Of a stretch of 64,000 bases of DNA, positions 11,901-22,300 are shown in pieces. The DNA is from Botryllus schlosseri. Taxonomy: Eukaryota. The stretch spans positions 16,864,001 through 16,928,000 of the forward strand of contig CM119381.1 of NCBI GenBank assembly GCA_051294905.1, written 5' to 3'. The notes below the pieces were generated by a model, which saw only the letters and a list, made by a program, of their open reading frames with translations, did not search any database and was not told where the DNA came from. A program made the translations under genes and the position numbers. Position 1 is the first letter of the stretch. Each line of letters opens with the position of its first letter.

Positions 11901-14900
11901 TGGGAAAAATTCACCGGTTTTTGAGAATTCTACTCCGGTTTTGCGAGTTGCAAATTTCTGAAAAAGTGTCCTCTTTTTAGATTTCCAAAATATGGTAAGC
12001 CTATTTTAGTGTATCATAAAAACCAAATCAGTGCGATTGGGGTGTTGGCTACAACTGTATAACTTGTCAATGGGGTGATCTCGGTAACAAGTATAGAAAC
12101 CCGTTTTACCACATACATACGTACCAACGTAGCAATACTCAGACGCCGAGTACATTATCCGGTTTGGCCTAGAGCGTTAAGGCAAAAGCTTATATTCCCT
12201 TGCAACTCCTCGTCGAAATTGTTGGTAAAGCGACGGAAGATATTGAATTTATGGGATTATTATATCATGTGATTGCCCCAGTTAACACATTTGGCGACGT
12301 TTAAACGTCAATATGTACTTCAGCATTGTGGCAGTATGTGGCCCGAGTCGTCGTTAGGTATCGTGTACATCACAGTGCTATCACTTCACTGAAATGTAAG
12401 GTTGGAATTAGCAATATGACGTCACGTGACGTCATGAGGTTCACGTTCGCGTTCACACAGAACCTTACAAAAAGGTTCGCGTTCACTCGAACCTGAGCCT
12501 TTCAGAGGTTTACACCATCCCCAAAGAACCATGCAATGTCCACGCAGTCTTGCTTCCGTTGAGATATTGCGGTACGTCGAGCAAAACACCATGTTAACCT
12601 ATTTGTTTCATTTCAATGTTAATGATTCACTATGAGCAGACAATAGGTCGTCTACAACGCTAGGCCTATAAAGTAGGCTACTCGCTGTAAAATGCCAAAT
12701 GATAAGCTTACCGACAGTGCAAAATCTACAATACAAACAAAATGCAGGTTGCAAAAAAGTTTTTACTTTGTAAAAAATTTTGACATTTTTTGACCTAGCG
12801 CTACAATTTTGACATAATTTTGACTTTTTTTGACTAGTCAAAAAAATAACCCTAGTGATAACGTAAGAGGACAAACCGATGCTGGCATTTCCACGGACAA
12901 ATATATTATCGGGCTCTGGTAATTGCAGCCAGCGCCCTGTCTCCAGCCAAATTCGAATACCACAGAAACGTTAACTGACAAATCTAACCTTTTTGTTGGA
13001 TTATTATACAGGTGAAGAGAGGTCCCGCCGAGCAAATAACCTGCTGCAAGACCGGTCGCACTGACTCCATTATAAATTCCTGCGGATTTTGATCTGATCA
13101 CTCTCATATAGACTCGCACACCTGGACGGTACAGCGTACAAACCATGATACAACGAAGAGTACGACTGCTTCACATTTTCGTCCAGATAGGACAGGGGTA
13201 TTGTTGTGACGTACTCCAGTCCAATACCGATGAAGAATGCACCCGACATGAAAACATACCTGTTACAATTTGCTACAGGGTTATTTCGCATTCTATTATC
13301 TTAGTTATCCGAACCTGTACCACCGTAGCGGAGAGATGTCACACGTCGGAAGGGTAACATTTCCGCAGTGGTTCAACTCTTCGTCGCTAAATTCATACTC
13401 GGGCGATGCGTATTGGGGTAATACGAATATCGCTGATCCAATTACTACGAAGGCCATTCCAGACCCAATCCACTTGGTCTTTATGATGTTCTCCCCAAAA
13501 TATATAGTGGCGAGGAGAGCAACACAAGACCCGATATCCACCGTTGCTGCTATTAATCCGGTTTCCGTGGAACGTAGTTGGAATCTGTTAAGATAATCTC
13601 ATGTACAATGTGCAACTTTACATCGTCTAACGCTGTAGGCACACATATGTTCCCAAAGTCAGCCATGCAATTCTGGTAGCATCACTGTGAGTAGGGTGGC
13701 ATTTAAAACAAAACTCAATTTAAAACAAACTTGTTTAAAACAACGCCCTTGTTTGAAACATGTTTTTTTATCAAGTTATGACGTCCCGAATAATCATTTG
13801 TGATGTCATAGTGGATTGACATTGACGATTGGAAATATAGGGTAAATATAGCTCCGTTGACGAAATATCTGTACTATTGCTTTGAACCGACAGCCTGTTT
13901 TGCCTATTTTGAGGGTTCCAACCATCCCATATTGATATACGTCGGCTATATCAGGCGGTAATTGTCCGTAGGCTCATAACACATGTTTTTTTCAAGTATT
14001 TACACATTTATGGCATAATTTTACAAGTAAAAAAAAAAACAATTTTGTCTTTTTTTAAAAAGGCCTTTGTTTTCAACACTGTTTGAAACATGTTTTAAAC
14101 AAAGTGTTTTAAAACACCGTTTGTCTCAAATGCAACCCTAGCTGTGAGTTATACAGTGCTATCACTGCTGTTGGAGCTCTCCCAATATTATTCATAAAAT
14201 TTAGTAGACAGTCGTGTCGCTGTTGGTACGCGTCGAAACAGTAGCACTTCTTGCTTAAACAAGGCATTATTTTCGCATGCTTATTTGCTCGCCTAATGTT
14301 CTCAAAAATTCAAACACTCAACTGCTTTTCGACTGTTGATATTGTGGAAGCAAGAACTCCACTTCCGATCCCGTCGCAGAAAAAGTACGCCATCGCCAGA
14401 AGTGCTAAAGAATATTTTGGTGATACTAGTGGTTGTAGCATCGGGAAGGTTAATCTGGAAGTTTAAATTACGGAGTGTGAAAATTGACTATAGAAACATG
14501 TGAGGCCTAAAACCCGTTTAAACTTGAGATTCCAATAGTACGCAAAGCAGATCACAGAGGTGGTAGGTAACAGTGTAGATGGTTATGTTCAGTTCAGAGG
14601 CTACTATTCTACTTCAACATTTTATGAAGTCGAACTATATATATGCTTAATTTTTACATTCTGGATTTTTTAAAGACCGAAGTAGATTTTAAATACATTT
14701 GTATCTCGTTTATGAGTGAAATTCTCACGACGGGTACGATATCATTGCGACTTTAGAAGGACGCATCGATTTGTGACTCTGTCCGTCACAGCTCTGCAAT
14801 ACTGATGCCGCAGGCTACTCCCTGCTTATTTTCCTTTCCAGTTTGCAATGTACTCGAAATCTTAGTTATTTTTTGTATTTTAGGCTACTTGTCTTTTATT

Positions 14901-15219
14901 GTAATTACTCATATTGAAAATGTGTGTGAAGTAAGCAATGTTTTCGAATTGTTCCAACGTCTATACAGTCTTACGCATGTATATATGTTGAAGTATTTTT
15001 GATTTGTTATCAACCTCATCGTATATCAATAAAATCTCATTTCTTATTACACAAGTCAGAGTAAGGAACATACCTGTTGTTACGAAACGGTATTTTTATA
15101 CTACATGATGTATCCAGGTTAGGATCTGATATCGACATATTATCTGACGATAAGGGCATCTTCTGCGATTCCTCAGTCACGACCAGACCTCCGTGACCTT
15201 CATCCGTAATGCCATCCAT
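2960..15219 (-). CDS. SLCO: SLCO/OATP family solute carrier organic anion transporter, paralog A, 12 coding exons, about 645 aa
   Basis: Exons 15074-15219, 14323-14454, 13315-13584, 13144-13259, 12989-13079, 9822-10025, 8643-8794, 8406-8567, 6445-6605, 5565-5777, 3142-3312 and 2960-3079 join in phase (1938 nt). Hallmarks: STVEKQFQL..TETGLIAA, PLSYLDENV, OATP signature LWVGAWW, Kazal-like loop PCNAQCHC..YNPVC..YFSPCHAGC, VFDKSCLIW..CG..GACRVYD. One intron (6606-8405) needs a GC donor. Confidence 0.93.
3469..3973. mobile_element. hAT-type MITE, 505 bp, in SLCO-A intron 10
   Basis: TIRs CAGCGGTGTCAA / TCTGACACCCCTG; exact 8-bp TSD GTATACAC at 3461-3468 and 3974-3981. Confidence 0.9.
4240..4494. 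mobile_element. partial hAT-type MITE (TAGGGTTGCCATAC terminus with TCCGGA subterminal repeats)
   Basis: Right end GTATGGCAACCCTA at about 4481-4494 with repeated TTCCGGAC motifs. The left end is degenerate and no TSD was found. Confidence 0.5.
6787..7600. mobile_element. MITE end (CAGTGGTTCTTAAC) followed by a dispersed repeat shared with 16790-17200
   Basis: hAT-like terminus at 6787. Segment about 7080-7600 aligns by eye with about 16790-17200 (e.g. GCAGCGCA..GTCGAAA.CGAAAAGGCACTGT, GCCCTTT.TA.ATTAAAGATG). Boundaries are approximate. Confidence 0.55.
9011..9026. repeat. poly-C homopolymer (16 nt), followed by (TAT)n at about 9066-9090
   Basis: Read directly. Confidence 0.8.
9099..9480 (+). 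repeat. imperfect direct repeat of about 115 bp (9099-9210 and 9364-9480)
   Basis: GCAATGCTTGAAGAAGACAGATTACAGAG..GAAGAATTGGC..GTTGCAGAGGTAGAGATGATTGAAA recurs 265 nt downstream. Confidence 0.8.
11137..12523. mobile_element. hAT-type non-autonomous element, middle layer of the nested stack
   Basis: TIRs TAGGGATGGTGTGAAC / GTTTACACCATCCCCA with GTTCACGTTCGCG subterminal repeats at both ends. AAGAAC flanks both sides (partial TSD). Confidence 0.8.
11561..12003. mobile_element. hAT-type MITE, 443 bp, innermost layer of the nested stack
   Basis: Perfect TIR TAGGCTTACCATA / TATGGTAAGCCTA; exact TSD TTTTAGTG (11553-11560, 12004-12011); GTCCTCTTTT subterminal repeats. Confidence 0.92.
13692..14140. 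mobile_element. hAT-type MITE (TAGGGTTGCATTT family) in SLCO-A intron 2
   Basis: TIRs TAGGGTGGCATTT / AAATGCAACCCTA; TSD ACTGTGAG / GCTGTGAG (7 of 8); AAAACA subterminal repeats. Related copies lie at about 20277-20425 and 28787-30148. Confidence 0.85.
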
Positions 15220-15570
15220 GACCGATACGATCTCAATAAATTAGATAATCCGAAGCAAAGCTTTCTGTGTCCAGCCGTGCATATCTCATTAGCGGTTATT
15301 TTCAATATCTGTTCCGTAGATTTGAATGTTACAACTCGCGTATAGATTTTCCCTTCGGTAATATTGGAGTTTTATGTCAATGGACGCCACACTTTGTACA
15401 GATCTAAGCAATTAGCTAGCAGTTCTTTCTTATCAATTGGCGGCCAGAAATTGTCATCAGAGAATCCAACGCTCATGAGTCGGAAGCTAGTGACACGGCA
15501 TGCGCGGCAAATCAGATTCACAGCGGAACGAGCGTGAACTATGAACACTTCGTCACACGTGTGTTTAAAA

Positions 15571-16500
15571 CAGGGGTCACCAACACGCGGCCCGCGCCAT
15601 GATTTGAGATTTCGGAAGAACGCTAAGAAAACCATTTTGAAATGCTGAAATTTACTACAGATTCAACGTATTGTTGTTGTTTCAAAATAAGCTATTCTCC
15701 TGTGTCCAACATCACTATTTGTCACTAGTTAAAACGGCTGTGGCGATGGCTACAGCATTCCATCGAGGGAGAATCAGATAATATGAATTGGCATATTGCC
15801 TTGACGTGCAATGGCCCAAACACTGCCATGACCGAGACTCTTGAAAAACGGCTTAGGGCTGTGGTTCTCAAACGGGAGGGCACGACCCCTTGTGGGGACG
15901 TGAAAGCATCTGAAGGGGCGCGGAGTTGCGCTCAACTGAACAATTTTTCGCGCGATTTACCTCAAATTCATAGTTATTGCTCAGTGTATAGTCCGGAATT
16001 CATATAGTATAGAATTCTCTCATCAACAGTCATAACCTCCCATGCCATCAAACTATCCGTTGGGATTGCAAGCATTCTGGTTGCATTTTATGATATAGCG
16101 ATAAGGGGGCGCGACATTTTTGAGTATCATAAAGGGGGGCGTGTCTAAAATAGTTTGAGAACCACTGGCTTAAGCCAGTAACGTATCTCGCTAGCCACCA
16201 TATCGATGAAAGCGAAAGCGTTTCCAGGTTTCGGGCACAGCTCATATAGTTCAAAATAAAATGAAATTGACGATAATGATTTCTTGTTGTATTTGTATTC
16301 CTTTAATAAAATATTACTTTTTCGTCGTCACTATGCCCATCGACTATGTTAGGTAGCACAGCGTCGTAGTGACGTAGAGTTTTAGAACGTGGTTGCCTTT
16401 ATTATATCGACATCGAATGCATGCGGCCGCTACGAAATTTGAAAAGTGGCCCGCGACCCGTTTTGTATACCAGTGGGTTTTAACCGGGGCCCCACAGCCC
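15571..16500. mobile_element. degenerate hAT MITE end (CAGGGGTCACCAAC) with a nested CTGTGGTTCTCAAAC MITE at 15859-16167
   Basis: The left terminus at 15571 carries GCGGCCCGCG. The inner element has TIRs CTGTGGTTCTCAAAC / GTTTGAGAACCACTG and TSD GCTTAGGG / GCTTAAGC (6 of 8). The outer right boundary is uncertain. Confidence 0.55.
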
Positions 16501-17304
16501 CCCCTCATGAGGCGATTTGAATGTTGAAGGGCCGGAAACGCTCAGGAGTCGATGTGGGGTGCTGAAGACAAATATCGTCGCAGTAGAGGGTGTTTAGTGA
16601 ATAATGATTATATAGTATAACAATAATAATCCTATATAGGCAAAACTCTGAGCTGTCGTTGCAAATTAACAGTCGACAAAATCTGTCAAATCCCGAAATA
16701 TTTCGTCGCACTCCGCGCGAATATATAACGGCGATGTTTGCAACGTGTTTCCATGATTGTAGTGGTAGACTATATTATAATGCATTTAAAATGAATTGCG
16801 CGTACTTTTAAATCGGCAATGACCCGTTGGAACACTCTTGTCACTTTAGCTCGGGATCTATTCCACAAAATGTGTCGAACTGTAGGTATTGTATTCAGCA
16901 GCGCACATCGAGTCGAAATCGAAAAGGCACTGTGGTACTTTTGAGTGTGAGAGCCCTTTCTACATTAAAGATGGTCGGCAAAATGAACAACTAAATAAAA
17001 TGTATTTGAGAGCTTCGAATTTAAATCGTCAGAATATTTCTTCGTGATATCATAAAGCATGATACTCTATAGTGTTGTGATCCACAACCTCACATGAACG
17101 TTATATAACGTGGGTAGCTTTGTTAGGAATACATTCATGTTAAATTTAATAATTGGGTGCCGTACTAAATTCGATGCGAACAAGCAAAGATATCTACCAC
17201 GTTTGGTGGTCGTTTATCAATTCGTACTATAGCGCCATCGTCGGTACGCGAAGTCGATAGCCTCAGTCTCACTCCGGTGGGATGTCGGATTGGCACTGTA
17301 CGTA

Positions 17305-18420
17305 GCAAGAGCGACTATAGATTACTAACCAAGGGATAGATACGCAAGTCCCATCGTTACGCTCCGGTAAGCAGTGACACTTATTGCTGAGCAATCTAAA
17401 ATCAGCATAATTGGTGGTGTTATAACTTGCGACCCGAGGGGTGAAATTTAATGAAACTGGTCTTGATCGAGAGCTACTGTCGCACTGATTCTGAGAATAC
17501 AAATTAAAATGTCAGGGAAATGGAACCACGTCAAAACATCCCTCAAGTCTACAAATCGGCATTGTTCTGAACAATCGATTGACGAAATCGGCCATTGTTA
17601 TGTTCATCGTGTTGCGGTGGTGCCATTGTGGGAACAATGCCGATTTTCAGATTTTGAGAGCTGTTTTGAGGTGGTTCCATCAGGGTTGTAATGACTCGAG
17701 TCATGACTCGACTCGAGTCATTTTCTCAAAATACGGAAATGACTCGACTCGACTCGAGTCAATCTGTGTATTGACTCGACTTGGACTCGAGTCATTGCGC
17801 ATGACTCGAAGCAAGTCATTGACTCGAGATTCAGATGGCCAAGACCGATATTTTATTGTAATTTCGAAGCCAACACACTATTGGGATTTCGTTTGTTGGT
17901 ACTGGTGCTTGAAAATGCGACCAGAAACTGCTAAATGCGAACCATTCAATATCACCAAACAGAGTTAAAAAAGTGGGTTTAGGAAGGATTTAACTGGAAA
18001 CTGAGCAGTCAACACAATGACTTGGACTCGGACTCGAGAGTCATAATACCATGACTCGGACTGGATCCCATGTTCGCTGACTTGGACTCGGACTTGACTC
18101 GGTGGGAATTGAAAATGACTCGACTTGACTCGAGTCAAAAATATAAAAGTGAGATTGACTTGTGACTCGGAGCCTTGTGACTTGGTTACAACCCTGGGTT
18201 CCATATCCCCGAAAAGATTTTAATTTGTATTTTCGGAATCAGTTCGGCCGTAGCTCTCGATTAAGACCATAGTTTCATTACATTTCAGCCCTCGGGTCGC
18301 AAGCTCCATCAATTATGCTGCTTTTAGATTGCTCAGCGCAACAAGTGTAACTGCTTGCCGGAGCGTAACGACGGCTTGCGTATCTATCCGTAGGTTAGTA
18401 ATCTATAGAGCGAGTTGCAC
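17305..18420. repeat. foldback (long palindromic) element, arms about 260 bp, interrupted by a MITE
   Basis: The reverse complement of about 17305-17570 aligns with 17633-17680 plus 18205-18420 at roughly 80 percent identity by eye. The loop is about 17572-17632. Confidence 0.8.
17681..18196. mobile_element. hAT-type MITE, 516 bp, GACTCGAGTC-repeat family
   Basis: Perfect TIR CAGGGTTGTAA / TTACAACCCTG; exact TSD GGTTCCAT (17673-17680, 18197-18204). Related partial copies lie at about 45945-46337, 53080-53150, 53480-53550, 54574-54750 and 57380-57870. Confidence 0.92.
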
Positions 18421-19384
18421 ACTCCCTGGTGATTTGGGGGGTGTCCCGGAGACCTGACGTTATCGAACGTTGTATTGTCGAAATAAGCCCGACAATGGCA
18501 GTCGATTTAATATATGAATCCGCGATCGTGTCGATATCTTGAGGTACGGGTGAACTCGTCTCTGCCTCACCTCCCGTTCCGCATAATTAAGGAACAGTTA
18601 CTACGCAATTTTTCTTTGCCTTCCTCGACAGATGTCGAAACGCTACATAGCGTACATACTAAAACAGGTCACGCACAGCTCGATCATCTAGCAACTGACA
18701 TCCGTTCCCCGCAAAGGCGACTTGAATCGTGCACATCAACTTCCGCACCGGCTCAGCTTCATTCGGGATCCACACACTATCAACCTCGTCAATCACCTAC
18801 TAATCTTTGAAATGGATACCTCGGAATATATAACATACCTGCCACGACAGTACACGAGCGTGTACATACCCAAGGAAGTATACATGCATACGCATTCATA
18901 AAAACGCAACAATGATTTAATGAAAGACGCACTTCCGCCCGCGCGACAAAAGAACTCAGCGATAGCGGCAAGATAAAACAAGAATAAAAAATGAGGATCT
19001 CCCGGAGTTGAATCGACGCGAAAGGGCTACAAAATATAAGGCGAGAGCGAAACAGCAAACTTTTTGACGCACACCCGTCGACGGAACAGAGACCATCACC
19101 CAACACCCCACCCTTGTAACAAATGAATCCAACAGACTCGTGACGTAACGGACGTAAGTTTTAACCCTGTGTGCAAGAAAAGCAAAACTGAAACAGCAGC
19201 CCGCGCGCGGTCGCGGTATTGCGACAATTCCCGCGTAAAGTTGCAAACAGGCTTACTTGCGATAGGAAATTTTCACACCATACCTCCAGTGTGTACAGAG
19301 ATGAACAAACAAAAGAACGCGAAAAACACAGGCCCAGTTCGATATCTGAAGAACAACCCACCTATCAGAAGCACAATTACGGGC

Positions 19385-22300
19385 CTACACCAGCGTCAAC
19401 GATTGCAACCGTTTTCCCGCCGTATCCGTCCCCGTTTTCGTCACATCCGACCCAGTGTCCGCATCAGAACCGGCGGAAGCCAACCCGAACCGGTACGGCT
19501 GATACAAATAACTCCTGTCCGGCAGCTCGACCATGGACGGGGTGCCGCGGGCCGGCCCAGCGCTCTGGCAGCGCGCGGGCTGCGCGTACTTGACGCAGTC
19601 CGGAAGAGGCGGGAATTTCACGTCCTCGTTGCTGGCGTCTCCCGCGAGCTCGTTTCGAACCGAGCCGAATTCGTTTCGGTTCGACAAATCGGCACACCGC
19701 AACAGGGAGGCCGTCGAGTCATCCCGGCTCAAGTAAGACTTTCCGTTAGCGGGAGGATCTCTGAGGGTAAACCGACACGGGCTGGCTACACTGGAGTTCG
19801 TTTGAAACGGATTCGGCCGGGTCTGGTCGTAAGAAATTTCGCGCTGCTCGGGCTGCGCTTTAATCCCGAGATGGCCGGCCTTGAAGTCTTCGCTGTACGC
19901 TCTCGTTAACTTGGTTTCCTGCTGCAAACGACGCGCGGAATTCATAATGGTGTAGTAGTTGCGAGGCGTGCCGTTTTGAGCGATGTGCGGCGCAAAGGTG
20001 CTGAGCTGGGGTTGAGCGTGGGCGGCGTTCAGGCTGTTCGAGGTCGCTTCGGCGTAGGCGATCATCGAAGAGTCGGACGGGCAGCTTTCCTGGGACGGGT
20101 CGTCGCGTGTTCTCGCTTTGTTGACGTGAGCGGGTGAATTTTGACGGAACCCGCCGCTGAAACGGTTAAAATGTGGGATGTTGTTTGTGGCATTCGTGGC
20201 ATTCGTAGACTACAATGGCGATTTATACCAAGCCGACATTCTTCATTGTGATTCCGTTGCTTTCGACTTGTAGCTTGGGGTTGCATTTAAAACAAACGGT
20301 GGTTTGAAACACTTTGTTTGAAACATGTTTTAAACAGTGTTTTAAACAAAAACAGTGTTTTAAACAAATTCCTTTTTTTTCAATGTATTTTTTCAAGTAG
20401 TAAAATTATGCCATAATTGTGTAAATGGCGGGAAGATTGGCGTTGTGCCTACTGCCAAGACGCATCGTTACAATTATAACAATTGAAATTTATATCTAGC
20501 ACTCACGCACACTACATACAGTTGTGTCATTATATCGGTCGGTCGCTAAAGGTATCTTTATGCGCGTATCGTTCGCGCATATGTATTCCATGCTATATGT
20601 CACCAGCACTCCACAAATATTCAATATTTCAGGCATTAGGCAGGAATACTCATCGAGGATGTGTCATAGCAGACATCTATATCACGATATAACGGGGATC
20701 AGCAGGTCAGAACACCAGACTAGCAATAAAAAGCTATCAATACGCTAAGGAGTGCTGCTTCAAAGGCGTCACAAAACGCAAGCGTCATTGCAATTGTACG
20801 ATTTTGATAGCGCATACCTCGTGCAAACGGCGGACAGCGGCGGACGCCGATAACAACGGCAGATTGAAAACCGTCACCCGCTGTACCCGCAATCACCAGG
20901 GTCAACTCAAAACCCAGAGATAAGCCGCGTCGCTTCAGGAAACTCATTCGCCGAAATCGACTGCAATCAGCCTCGGTAATCATCTCGACTTACTCGCCGC
21001 TCCCTTTACGCCGGAACGAATTTCCCGCGCCGTTACCCTCGCCGCTGTCAAAAACGTTGCGCGGCTCGTCCAGACTGCTCGCGGAACCGTTGGTGCTTCG
21101 CGACAGATTCATCGGTTTCATGCCGGCCGTAAATGAAGAAGGGAGGCTGAAAAAAAACAGTCGGATGGCTGCGCAAAATCGGATATTCGACAGTCGCACG
21201 TTGTAACGTCACAAGAGTGTGGATGACGTGACAAGTTCAAACAGTTTGAGGCCGTGACCACAAAGAAAATACCAGCTCTACACCACGAAGATGATCACCC
21301 CAGTTGATATACAAAATTCCTTTCAATTCTCTACTACTATATAGTTGCTGGCGAATCACGATTACCTCGACGAGTGTCGGCCGAACGAATTCGGGTATAT
21401 TTTAATATGAATGTATTATTCAATTGTATATCGAAGTATCTCCGAGAGCCATTTCAAAGATAAGTAGCTGTTTTTTTCTCTACCGCAACTACTCCATTGC
21501 GCTTTGCAACAATGCTGCGGGTTGACCGCGAATTAATAGAAATAACCATTTTCGCAAACGCACGTAGTTTTGGATCGCATGTTTCGGGTGCTGTGATACG
21601 ACCGGTCGAGGTTTTAATGATCCCGCGGTAGAAAAAAAATCTATCGAAACTACAATTTTCGTTGATAGATATTTGAGTCGTGATGGAAAGGGGCGTGTAA
21701 TTCTGGTGATCGAAAACATCTTCTTTCTCGCTTCTCGAATTATTGTTCACAGTTCTATCCGCGACAGGTCATAAACATTAATATCCGGCTGTGCTCGCAA
21801 AAGTGCGCGTTATGTCCGCGCTGGATATTTACCCGTTTCTTTGAGCCTTGGTCCCGGGCGGTTTCTTTCGTGAATCGCGCCGCTTCAGGACGCAGAGCGC
21901 CGCGACGATCAAAGCCACCAGAAAGAGCGCCGCGATGACCACCGCGAATTCGCCAACGGACAACGACCCGATTTGCGCTGTCGAATAGACGAAGTTAGAC
22001 GACCGCCCACCGTATATTCAAGGTTTGGCGGGCTCAATTCGGTTCGAATGAGCCCTCGACTTGGAATCAACGATATATGTCGGATTGGGACCAATGCACA
22101 GTTGTACACGGCCCGGCTCCGGCAAGTTATAGCCACGGCTATGGCAAAGCACAAAAATCCTTGCAGGCTAAAGCAAAGTAAGAAATTACGAGATTACAGT
22201 CAAGACTAATGCGAAGCACACAAATCCAACGAGGTTCTATTCAATGCTAAAGCAAAGCACATAAATGGCAACGGACTCCAACCTCAGTTGTACCACCAGA

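Larger units (their letters stand above)
10626..12854 (-). mobile_element. hAT deletion derivative retaining the transposase C-terminal dimerisation region; outer layer of a nested stack
   Basis: TIRs TAGGGCGATTTTTTTGAC / GTCAAAAAAATAACCCTA; exact TSD GTGATAAC (10618-10625, 12855-12862). The minus ORF 10884-11105 encodes STTAAVERSFSILEKL..KDRHILPENVGKYLSLYYN, the hAT dimerisation motif (S..VERSFS). Confidence 0.88.

Noticed and set aside
19169-19909. 246-aa plus-strand ORF, the longest in the track
   Set aside because: It is the antisense shadow of the GC-rich last exon and 3' UTR of the Ig gene; Arg-rich, with no recognisable domain.
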